Sequence record: PP712906.1
Direction: 5' to 3' (one strand)
Length of the DNA: 64,000 nucleotides
The notes below the pieces were generated by a model, which saw only the letters and a list, made by a program, of their open reading frames with translations, was not told where the DNA came from and ran no database searches. Within the stretch, counting starts at the first letter, position 1. Each line of letters begins with the position of its first letter. A program made the translations under genes and the position numbers. Below, piece by piece: positions 54,798 to 62,492 of the stretch.

Positions 54798-55486
54798 GTG
54801 ATAAACCCGTCTATGACATTCTAATCGACTATGAGGGATTCGACGTGACTCCCGACGCAGCGGTTATCGAACTAGGTGCAGTTGAATTCGAGCACGATTT
54901 TACTAAAGTTCCCGATTACCAAGAGCTTGTGAAGAACTCGTTTCGCTGTAAGTTTGAGATTAAATCTCAAAAAGGCAAACGCAGCATCAATAAAGCGACT
55001 GTGCAATGGTGGTCTGAGCAGTCTCAAGAAGCTAAAGAAATTCTAATCCCTAGCGCAGAAGACGTGACGGTTGAAGAAGGTCATAAGCTTTTTATCGAGT
55101 GGATTGAACAAAACACTCGTTACGACGGTCGTTCGCATTTCTACTGCCGTGGCAACAACTACGATATTCCGCTCATGGCTGATTGTTTCCGTTACAGCGG
55201 TTTGCGTCATGCGATCATCGAGCGATTCTGGAAATTCCGTGACGTTCGTACTCGTATTGAAGCATTGATGCTGCAACGCGACATGTGTAAAGTGCCGATT
55301 CGACGTGATGCAATGCCAGGGTTTATTCACCACAACGGCGTTCACGACTGTGCTAAAGATGCAATGATGCTTATCATGGCAGCGCGTTACGCACTTGACT
55401 TAGAAGATCTGCCCGAAAAAATGGAATGCCATGAAGTATCGGTTGACTTCACTGACGAAGAGAAAGAGGAACTTGGGCTACTATGA
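54794..55486 (+). CDS. dexA: DexA-like DEDD 3'-5' exonuclease
   Basis: ILIDYEGF, TVQWWSEQS.EA, CRGNNYDIP, FRDVRTRIE, HNGVHDCAKD. Confidence 0.9.
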   Translation: MSDKPVYDILIDYEGFDVTPDAAVIELGAVEFEHDFTKVPDYQELVKNSFRCKFEIKSQKGKRSINKATVQWWSEQSQEAKEILIPSAEDVTVEEGHKLFIEWIEQNTRYDGRSHFYCRGNNYDIPLMADCFRYSGLRHAIIERFWKFRDVRTRIEALMLQRDMCKVPIRRDAMPGFIHHNGVHDCAKDAMMLIMAARYALDLEDLPEKMECHEVSVDFTDEEKEELGLL

Positions 55487-55644
55487 TGATTGCTGTACAT
55501 CTACTATCACAAGCCAAGCCAGTTGTTCATGAGCACGTAAAGAACGCTTACACCAAAGACGGTCTTTACTGCTTGATGATGAAAGACGGTATGGTTTACA
55601 AATACCCACTGATCAATATTTTCCGAATCACAGAAAATATGTAA
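55483..55644 (+). CDS. Small hypothetical protein (53 aa, absent from the ORF track)
   Basis: MMIAVHLLSQAKPVVHEHVKNAYTKDGLYCLMMKDGMVYKYPLINIFRITENM*. ATGA overlap with dexA. Confidence 0.65.
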   Translation: MMIAVHLLSQAKPVVHEHVKNAYTKDGLYCLMMKDGMVYKYPLINIFRITENM

Positions 55645-55651
55645 AAAGTGG

Positions 55652-55680
55652 TTGCGTTGTCGGTGTGACTTGTGTAATAT
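55652..55680 (+). promoter_or_regulatory. sigma70-type early promoter
   Basis: AAAAAGTGG-TTGCGT-17 nt-TAATAT, then the leader CATCGACAACGAAAAGAGAATATTATTATG. Confidence 0.7.
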
Positions 55681-55712
55681 ACTCACATCGACAACGAAAA
55701 GAGAATATTATT

Positions 55713-55850
55713 ATGACAACGAATCGCCTAGATTGGACAATTGAAAAGAAAGCTCAGTTCATCGCGACATACAAAGACGGGACTGTTTTAGTTGCGCGAA
55801 CTCGCGAAGCTCTTAATTCTCAAATCAATGAGTTTGAAAAGACGCTATGA
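55713..55850 (+). CDS. Small hypothetical early protein (45 aa)
   Basis: ATG after the AGAGA leader. ATGA coupling downstream. Confidence 0.6.
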   Translation: MTTNRLDWTIEKKAQFIATYKDGTVLVARTREALNSQINEFEKTL

Positions 55851-56245
55851 ATTTCCAAACTTTCATGTACAAATGGAAAAGATTTTCATTTGATTTCAAC
55901 AATTACGCAGTTGAGAAGCAACGCGGGTTAGTCGGGGTTGTTGACTTTGTGATGAAGAAACACTTCACGCATCGAGTATATGATCGATTCTGTGCTGCTG
56001 AATTCTCGATTCTACGTAGAATGTTGTATCATACTGTTAACAAACACTTAGGTGAAGTTCTGTTTTGGTACTACAGCACTGATAAGCGTGTACTTGCTAT
56101 CAAGCGTGAAGATATTTTCATCATCATGCAACGTGGTATCACGGGTTGTATTTTGATCACTACGGTATATCGTAATGAACATAAGCAAAACTCTGATAAG
56201 TTCTTTTTGATTGACATAAGCAGAAAGCAAAATGAAGCAGATTAG
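55847..56245 (+). CDS. Hypothetical protein (132 aa)
   Basis: Coupled ORF with an HFTHRVYDR motif. Confidence 0.65.
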   Translation: MNFQTFMYKWKRFSFDFNNYAVEKQRGLVGVVDFVMKKHFTHRVYDRFCAAEFSILRRMLYHTVNKHLGEVLFWYYSTDKRVLAIKREDIFIIMQRGITGCILITTVYRNEHKQNSDKFFLIDISRKQNEAD

Positions 56246-56477
56246 ACTTGGTGACTTCATTGAAGTCACTGAAAGACTTGACCAAGAGAGCTTTTTTGGT
56301 CAGTTAATTGATATTGCACCGTGTCTATGGGCACGTGGTGATTTTCTACGACTTGTCGATGACGCAGGTAATGAAGTTCAAGTGAACACTGTGAACATCG
56401 ACATGATTAATGGCACTGTTGTGAGCGAAATCATTCGCAACGCTCATGGCTTTATGTATTGTGAGGAAAAGATTTGA
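56232..56477 (+). CDS. Hypothetical protein (81 aa)
   Basis: Overlapping ORF in the early operon. Confidence 0.6.
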   Translation: MKQIRLGDFIEVTERLDQESFFGQLIDIAPCLWARGDFLRLVDDAGNEVQVNTVNIDMINGTVVSEIIRNAHGFMYCEEKI

Positions 56478-56917
56478 AAGGTTACGTATTTGTAAATCGC
56501 TACTGTAAAGGTATTCAGGCTGGCATTCAAGGCGCTCATGCGTTGCTACGTCTTGCGCGTAAAGCAGAAAATCCGGTTTTCAACAAATGGCTAAATGACC
56601 ACGAGACGATTTGTGTTCTGTCTGCGTCTGGTCACGACCATCTTGAAGAAATCGAAAAGACCATTCGTGAAATGAATGTTGTAGAAGACATCACGTTTTT
56701 TCAAGAAGAAGGTTTACATCACTCTCTAACGGGTGTAGCATTCATTGGTGACGACACGCTAATGAAAGTTCAAGCCGAAATGAAAGAATGGCGCGAACTT
56801 CGTAAAATTGGCGAAGGTCCGAAGCGTCGAGACTTCGACTCAGATATGTTCTACAAGTACGGTCGAACATATGAACTTGCAAAATACTTAGAGGGGTTTC
56901 ATTCTCATCATGGATAA
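56474..56917 (+). CDS. Peptidyl-tRNA hydrolase 2 (Pth2)-like protein (147 aa, TTG start)
   Basis: GIQAGIQGAHAL...KWL...TICVL...LEEI...FFQEEG...LTGVAF follows the Pth2 layout (AQ.AHA, W, K.VL, DAG, T..A). Confidence 0.55.
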   Translation: MKGYVFVNRYCKGIQAGIQGAHALLRLARKAENPVFNKWLNDHETICVLSASGHDHLEEIEKTIREMNVVEDITFFQEEGLHHSLTGVAFIGDDTLMKVQAEMKEWRELRKIGEGPKRRDFDSDMFYKYGRTYELAKYLEGFHSHHG

Positions 56918-57140
56918 CTTAAATCTTAAATTGACTACTGCTTCTCGTTTTGAAGAATTGATGACGCGCCCTGGCGTCATCGTCAAGAACAGCTCTTCGG
57001 GTCCTGAATACATCACGACTGTTTACGATAAAGGTGAGTTAATTGCCGAACGTGTCCTGTACGTATCGCAAGCAGAGCATTTCGAGCTACAACTTCCTGA
57101 AGCAGTAAAGGCAGTTCGAAAGCCTAGTAAACTGCCGTAA
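56910..57140 (+). CDS. Hypothetical protein (76 aa)
   Basis: Overlapping ORF in the early operon. Confidence 0.6.
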   Translation: MDNLNLKLTTASRFEELMTRPGVIVKNSSSGPEYITTVYDKGELIAERVLYVSQAEHFELQLPEAVKAVRKPSKLP

Positions 57141-57176
57141 AAACTGTTTAACAACTAACTTTGTGAGTGTAATATT

Positions 57177-57377
57177 ATGAAATCTAAAGGTTTTACTCTG
57201 ATCGAATTGATAGTCGTGATTGTGATTTTAGGTGTTTTGGCGTCAATCGGCGCAGGTGCATTGGGTTTAGGTCAAACTGCATCGTACACGACTCAACCGC
57301 AATCAGTGACATATGAAATTGATGGTCAGTTGATGCAATGTACTCCTGTGCAATCTGCATGGGACGATGATTTTTAA
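57177..57377 (+). CDS. Type IV prepilin-like mini-protein (66 aa)
   Basis: MKSKG/FTLIELIVVIVILGVLASIG: class III signal peptide with Gly-1, Phe+1, Glu+5 and a hydrophobic helix. Confidence 0.75.
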   Translation: MKSKGFTLIELIVVIVILGVLASIGAGALGLGQTASYTTQPQSVTYEIDGQLMQCTPVQSAWDDDF

Positions 57378-57386
57378 AGGTAATTG

Positions 57387-58286
57387 ATGAAAAACTACTT
57401 GCAACTATGTACTGAAATTCTCAACGAAGGTGATTTTCTTGAGAATCGAACAGGCACAAACACTGTTAGCGTGATTTCGCGTGAGCTTCGCTGGGATTTA
57501 TCGAAAGGTTTCCCGTTACTGACGACTAAGAAAATGGCAACTAAAGCCATCTTCGGTGAACTTCTATGGTTCTTGAGTGGTTCGGGACTGATCAGCGACT
57601 TGCGCAAATACACTGAGCTTTCAGACGAAGATTTCTGCATTTGGCAGCAAAATCTCGACGAGCTAAACGAGCGTGCAAAGAAAGCAGGTATTGTTCGAAA
57701 TGAAGACGATCTCGGTTATGTTTACGGTAAAGTATGGCGTAAGCGTCTATCTGTGACTGCTGACAAAGAAGTGACTGAGTTCGATCAGATTCATCAATTG
57801 CTGTGCGATATTGCAGCGGTTAAAGAAGACCCGACGCAAAGTGCGCAGCGTCGCATGATAGTTGAAGCATGGGACCCGTACTTCCACACTGAAAGCAACT
57901 CGGTTGACGTAGCTCTACCGCCGTGTCACTATGGCTTTCAAGTGTTCGTGCGTAATGGTAAGATCAGTCTGAAGTGGAATCAGCGTTCAGTTGACACATT
58001 CTTGGGTCTGCCGTTCAATATCGCATCGTATGCACTATTGGTTCACATTCTAGCACAGCTAACTGGCTTGAAAGTAGGTGAACTGATTTTCTCTGGTGGT
58101 GATGTTCACATTTATGAAGATCACATTGTGCAGGTACTGAAACAATTGCGACGTACTCCGCGTGAGTTACCGCAAATTCAACTACCTGAATTTGATACGT
58201 TGTCACAATTGTTGACTAAACGTGCAAGCGACTTTGTTGTGTACGACTATGATCCGTACCCAGCACTAAAAGGTAAAATGTCATGA
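57387..58286 (+). CDS. td: Thymidylate synthase (no intron)
   Basis: NRTGTNT, FPLLTTKK, GELLWFLSG, GYVYGKVWR, RRMIVEAW, ALPPCH, QRSVDTFLGLPFNIASY, GDVHIYEDH. Confidence 0.97.
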   Translation: MKNYLQLCTEILNEGDFLENRTGTNTVSVISRELRWDLSKGFPLLTTKKMATKAIFGELLWFLSGSGLISDLRKYTELSDEDFCIWQQNLDELNERAKKAGIVRNEDDLGYVYGKVWRKRLSVTADKEVTEFDQIHQLLCDIAAVKEDPTQSAQRRMIVEAWDPYFHTESNSVDVALPPCHYGFQVFVRNGKISLKWNQRSVDTFLGLPFNIASYALLVHILAQLTGLKVGELIFSGGDVHIYEDHIVQVLKQLRRTPRELPQIQLPEFDTLSQLLTKRASDFVVYDYDPYPALKGKMS

Positions 58287-58477
58287 TCAGCAAAACCGAT
58301 TATTTTGAACTGAAAACAGGTACGCCAATCATCGTGATTGAGCGTATTGACACAATCGACGGTGAGCTTCTAAAGCTCCCGTTCAGTAAAGTTGTTGCCG
58401 CAGATGATCCGAATATCAGCGAATCGTTAGCTGACGGTAAAATTCACTATCTTTTTGACTTCGAAATAGGTGAGTAA
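58283..58477 (+). CDS. Hypothetical protein (64 aa)
   Basis: ATGA-coupled ORF. Confidence 0.6.
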   Translation: MISKTDYFELKTGTPIIVIERIDTIDGELLKLPFSKVVAADDPNISESLADGKIHYLFDFEIGE

Positions 58478-58479
58478 TC

Positions 58480-58686
58480 ATGAACGTTGGTGAGTTCGTA
58501 GAAGGGTTGTTGACATTAATGATATATGGTATCATTGCAGTTTGTCTTATTCTCGTACTGTCAGTTGGCGGGCTTATCTTCGGAACGTGGCTCATCATTT
58601 CGGGTCATACAATCGCTGGGTGGGTTGTTTCTGTTGTCTCAGCGATTATTTTTGCTTTCATATGCGCATTAATGAGGAATTTGTAA
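58480..58686 (+). CDS. Small two-helix membrane protein (68 aa)
   Basis: Almost entirely hydrophobic. GGTGAG site. Confidence 0.65.
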   Translation: MNVGEFVEGLLTLMIYGIIAVCLILVLSVGGLIFGTWLIISGHTIAGWVVSVVSAIIFAFICALMRNL

Positions 58687-58976
58687 TGTCTTTACACATT
58701 TACGTAGAAGTTGACACCAACGACGGTGATTATGTCGGCGGTCTAACCGCAGCATCAAGTGAAGAAATCGAAAGATTTGAAACACTTGTTCATCTTTCGG
58801 GTGATAGTCTAGCGAGTTGGACAGAAGGCGAATGCCAAGACCGCCCGAATTCAGAAGTATACCCGCAGTTTAGCGAAAATGACATCGAGTTCATTTCCGA
58901 TAAAATGCCCCACTGTGAATACGGCTTTCACACCGTTGAACAAATTAAAATTGTTGATGTGTTGAATACGCTATGA
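58686..58976 (+). CDS. Hypothetical acidic protein (96 aa)
   Basis: TAATG-coupled start (MSLHIYVEVD), after GAGG. Confidence 0.65.
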   Translation: MSLHIYVEVDTNDGDYVGGLTAASSEEIERFETLVHLSGDSLASWTEGECQDRPNSEVYPQFSENDIEFISDKMPHCEYGFHTVEQIKIVDVLNTL

Positions 58977-59293
58977 TCAATGAAATTCTAGCTTCAAGCA
59001 AGCGAATCGACAACGGTCGAACTGTTAAAGACGTTCATATGAGCGTTGTTGAAGAAGTAGGCGAACTAGCAACTGAAGTTCGCGTCAAGTACGGCACGTC
59101 GTACAAAAACGCTGACGTTGACGGCATTCTGGGTGAAGCAGTAGACGGGATTTTGTGTCTCGTTGATCTGATTTACGTTGATAACCCGAACATCACTGAA
59201 GCTGAAATCATGAACGTTGTTCGTAACAAGCTCGCCAAATGGGAGCGCAAAGAAAACGAACACAAAACAAAATCTGAACAAATGGTGAAATAA
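58973..59293 (+). CDS. MazG-like NTP pyrophosphohydrolase
   Basis: VVEEVGELATEV...GILGEAVDGILC (EExxE...ExxD motif). Confidence 0.8.
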   Translation: MINEILASSKRIDNGRTVKDVHMSVVEEVGELATEVRVKYGTSYKNADVDGILGEAVDGILCLVDLIYVDNPNITEAEIMNVVRNKLAKWERKENEHKTKSEQMVK

Positions 59294-59590
59294 ATGACAA
59301 ATCGTTATACATTCGAAGAAATTCTTGGTGAAGACTACGAAAACAAAGACTATCTTGACTTTCTGCTATATGGCGATGGTGACTTCTCGGGCGTAAACTT
59401 CATTGAACAAGATGGTGGTGGCGAAGGTGGTTCTGAATACTGCTACACGATTCTTGAAAAAGACGGTCGTTACTTCAAGACTGAATACAGTTACTACAGT
59501 TACCACGGTTACGACAACTACGGTGATTCGTTCGTTGAAGTTTACCCAAAGCAAGTTACGGTCACCCAATACGTGAGCACTCCTCAGTAA
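59294..59590 (+). CDS. Hypothetical Tyr/Gly/acidic protein (98 aa)
   Basis: QDGGGEGGSEYCYTI...YFKTEYSYYSYHGYD. Confidence 0.7.
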   Translation: MTNRYTFEEILGEDYENKDYLDFLLYGDGDFSGVNFIEQDGGGEGGSEYCYTILEKDGRYFKTEYSYYSYHGYDNYGDSFVEVYPKQVTVTQYVSTPQ

Positions 59591-60351
59591 TGCGTATTGT
59601 TGTCGGGTCAACTGCGTTGCATCATAATGGTATTCGACTGCGTAAGACCATTAAAGATCTAGATGTATTCGTAGACTCGCCCGACTCGGCTAACGACGGG
59701 GATGATTTTATTGTCATGCCCGTCGAGATATTGCAGATGTTCGATGGTGATATAGCAACTGCTGACGAAATATACACGATTAAGTGCAGTCATCTTGGTT
59801 GGGATGAGCATAAAGTCGGATATAGTCAGTTTGGTGGTTCGACATTGTGGGACAAGCATAAGCGTGATGTTATGGCGCTGTCGCGATTCTGCAAAATCAA
59901 GCCTGAGCTATACGCAGCGTTGACGAATCATTGGCGAAGAACGCTTGGCAATAAAGAGTATCTGTGCTTGAACAAAGACGCAGACGACTTCTTTAATGAC
60001 AAAGTGAGATACGTATATGACCATGATGAGCTCCATCGAATGGTTGCAGCACCAAATCGCCCGTTGTATGAGAAAATTCTCAAAGACGACTGTGATGTTT
60101 TAGTCAGTAAAGAGAAGTTCGAACAATTGTCATTCGAAGACAAGATCAATTTGTTCCACGAGGAAATTTCGGTGATTGCTATTGAACGATATATTGTTCA
60201 CGGTATGATGCCGCTGAATGCGTGGAATCATGCGTTGAAGAAGACAATTACACGGCTGACCAAGAATTGGGCATGTGATTTCATTTGTGCAAACATGAGT
60301 CATTACATGAAGCCGAAATATAATTTGAATATTCTTGAAGAAAAGGGTTGA
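59590..60351 (+). CDS. Pol-beta-superfamily nucleotidyltransferase-like protein (253 aa)
   Basis: N-terminal VVGSTAL...KDLDVF (hGS...DxD). YTIKCSH, FFND.V.Y.YDHD.LH, EE..V.A.ER motifs. Confidence 0.6.
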   Translation: MRIVVGSTALHHNGIRLRKTIKDLDVFVDSPDSANDGDDFIVMPVEILQMFDGDIATADEIYTIKCSHLGWDEHKVGYSQFGGSTLWDKHKRDVMALSRFCKIKPELYAALTNHWRRTLGNKEYLCLNKDADDFFNDKVRYVYDHDELHRMVAAPNRPLYEKILKDDCDVLVSKEKFEQLSFEDKINLFHEEISVIAIERYIVHGMMPLNAWNHALKKTITRLTKNWACDFICANMSHYMKPKYNLNILEEKG

Positions 60352-60377
60352 CTGCGGTCAGCCCTTTCGCGTATTAT
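60348..60377 (+). promoter_or_regulatory. sigma70-type early promoter
   Basis: AAAAGGG-TTGACT-18 nt-TATTAT, then the leader ...AGAGAGAACATTATG. Confidence 0.7.
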
Positions 60378-60420
60378 AGCTTCATCAACACGACGTTGAC
60401 CAAAACAAAGAGAGAACATT

Positions 60421-60750
60421 ATGACTGACCTAACTAAATTCGACATCAAATTTGCTGAAATCAAAGTCGTTTATTCTATGCGTGCAGAACACCAAAAAGT
60501 AGCAATGCGCCTTGAAGACGGTACAATCATGCTGCATGAAGTGCTTTTCATGGATGCGAAAGGTTCATATTGTGAAAGTCGCAAACTGTGGAGCACTACA
60601 GTTGAAAAGGCATGTGCATGGCCAGGTTATGAGTCAGCGCAGCTTATTGACAAAATCAAAGCAGCGGGTAAAGTGTCACTTAAACACTGGCGCGCAGCAT
60701 CAAACGGCGACTACGAAATCTTTCGCCTTATCGAATCATTTGAGGGTTAA
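60421..60750 (+). CDS. Hypothetical early protein (109 aa)
   Basis: First ORF after the early promoter. Confidence 0.7.
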   Translation: MTDLTKFDIKFAEIKVVYSMRAEHQKVAMRLEDGTIMLHEVLFMDAKGSYCESRKLWSTTVEKACAWPGYESAQLIDKIKAAGKVSLKHWRAASNGDYEIFRLIESFEG

Positions 60751-60752
60751 TC

Positions 60753-61154
60753 ATGACAGAAGTTTACCAAATGTGGGAAAAGAACATCCAACGCCTTGAC
60801 GAAATGCACAAGAAAATCTACGACATGGGTCAACTTGCTGCTGGTGATGAAGGCAAGTATATTTTCAAGACTGAAATGAAGCGTGAACATCTATCACGCG
60901 AGATTTCACATGAAATTGACCATAAAGGTCTAGATCTACACCATCTTATGTACAAAGGTTTGCATGAGACAGCACGTGAATATCAAAGTGCAATCATGAT
61001 TTTCTGCAAAGAAATGCCTCTTGAACAGCGTCGAGAACTGTTTGACAAGATTCGCGCTGTGTTCAATATTGATGCTTACACCGACGAAGCATGGGACGGC
61101 GTTCTTAAACGTTTTAAAGATTCACTGTTAAGCCAAGGTATGATTGAGGAGTAA
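60753..61154 (+). CDS. Hypothetical helical protein (133 aa)
   Basis: GAGG site, tight operon spacing. Confidence 0.7.
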   Translation: MTEVYQMWEKNIQRLDEMHKKIYDMGQLAAGDEGKYIFKTEMKREHLSREISHEIDHKGLDLHHLMYKGLHETAREYQSAIMIFCKEMPLEQRRELFDKIRAVFNIDAYTDEAWDGVLKRFKDSLLSQGMIEE

Positions 61155-61157
61155 ATT

Positions 61158-61865
61158 ATGAGCAGCTACAATGTCAAGAAAGCAGAGTGTGAAAAGCGCG
61201 GCATTGCATTCAACTTCACAGAAGAACAATGGAAAACATTACAAAATATGAAGAACGGTGGTCGTTGTGCGTACACCAACCACCCGTTTAATCCAAGCAG
61301 CAAGAAAATGCGTGCTACAGTCGAGCGAATTGATGAGTCGATGCCGTATGAACCAAAGAATTGTGTTCTTGTGACTCAGCTTGCTAACAACGTAAAGTGT
61401 AACTACATCGAGCAGAATCAGCCCGTGAGTAAAGCAAATGCTGAAGAAGTTCATACATTGAAGCAGATTCAACGTGTTCTTGCTGATGATAAGAAAGTCA
61501 AAAGCATCATTCAGACATATATTGAACGCTACAAAGGTGAAGTTATTGAAACTCCGATGACTGATCTTGAGATCACCAAGCTATACGTGAAGTACGCAAC
61601 TGAAGCACAGCGCAAAGGTAAGCACTTTGAAATCACGATAGGCGACTTCAAACGAACTGTATCGCGTAAACGCTGTCAGGTTAGTAAAGTATTACTGCCG
61701 AACATGAAACAGCGCGTAGTGCGCGTCATAGACGATTCTAAGCCTATTACGTGCGACAACATTCAAGTAACTTCGCGTCAAATCGACGAAATCATGACTG
61801 CCATTGAAGAAATGGACATGACACTCGCGCAAAAACGAGCAATGATGAAATCAATTGGAGCATAA
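61158..61865 (+). CDS. srd: Srd-like protein (putative anti-sigma / RpoS regulator) with two degenerate HNH-like repeats
   Basis: KRGIAFNF...CAYTNHPF...TVERID...Y...NCVLV...AN resembles T4 Srd (FNL...CAYSGEPF...SLERFD...Y..GNV). A second unit follows: RKGKHFEI...CQVS...RVID...DNIQV. Confidence 0.6.
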   Translation: MSSYNVKKAECEKRGIAFNFTEEQWKTLQNMKNGGRCAYTNHPFNPSSKKMRATVERIDESMPYEPKNCVLVTQLANNVKCNYIEQNQPVSKANAEEVHTLKQIQRVLADDKKVKSIIQTYIERYKGEVIETPMTDLEITKLYVKYATEAQRKGKHFEITIGDFKRTVSRKRCQVSKVLLPNMKQRVVRVIDDSKPITCDNIQVTSRQIDEIMTAIEEMDMTLAQKRAMMKSIGA

Positions 61866-61866
61866 C

Positions 61867-62127
61867 ATGAGCTATTTGTTATCAATGAACAAAGGTTGTT
61901 CAACTGTAGTAATGGTTAGTGGTGTACCGTTAGTTGTTGTTCACGAGATCGAGTACGTGACGGTTGATAAAAATGGTTATGTAACGGGGTGGACTGACCG
62001 CCCTTATTTCGACGAAGACGATAAAACGTGGTCGTGTTACGAGCTATATGGTGAACAATGGCATCTTGCAACGATTGCAAATCCAACACTAGAAGCAATT
62101 GAAACATTAATTGAGGTATATCCATGA
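61867..62127 (+). CDS. Hypothetical protein (86 aa)
   Basis: ATG after GGAG. YVTVDKNG.V.GW..RP motif. Confidence 0.65.
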   Translation: MSYLLSMNKGCSTVVMVSGVPLVVVHEIEYVTVDKNGYVTGWTDRPYFDEDDKTWSCYELYGEQWHLATIANPTLEAIETLIEVYP

Positions 62128-62492
62128 AAAACGTAATGCAACAACTTGCAGATGAGTATCGTAACTCAGACAAAAATGATCCAGAGTTACACTGTGACAT
62201 TTTTCTTTTACCCGTTAATGAAGGCGATGGGATTGATTCAGAGTACATCAAAGAAACACTTTCTGCGGTATATGCTGAAATTCGTCGATTTACGGGAATG
62301 ACTCTCACTGAAGCAAGAGAATGGTTCTCGACACAACAATGTGAAACGTGGTTTGGTGAATCAAAAATCGTAAACGAAAAAGTTTATAAGTCGTTCTACG
62401 TGCGATACGATATTCCTGAAGACTTATTGAAACCCGTATTCACGTCAGATTGGACACAGGGTCCGTCTGCAACAGTTGAGGAAGCAATTTGA
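62124..62492 (+). CDS. Hypothetical protein (122 aa)
   Basis: ATGA-coupled ORF. Confidence 0.65.
   Translation: MKNVMQQLADEYRNSDKNDPELHCDIFLLPVNEGDGIDSEYIKETLSAVYAEIRRFTGMTLTEAREWFSTQQCETWFGESKIVNEKVYKSFYVRYDIPEDLLKPVFTSDWTQGPSATVEEAI

Noticed and set aside
57387-58286. Group I introns in td or nrdD, and seg/mob homing endonucleases as in T4
   Set aside because: Both reading frames are continuous, and no GIY-YIG or intact HNH gene was recognised in the window.
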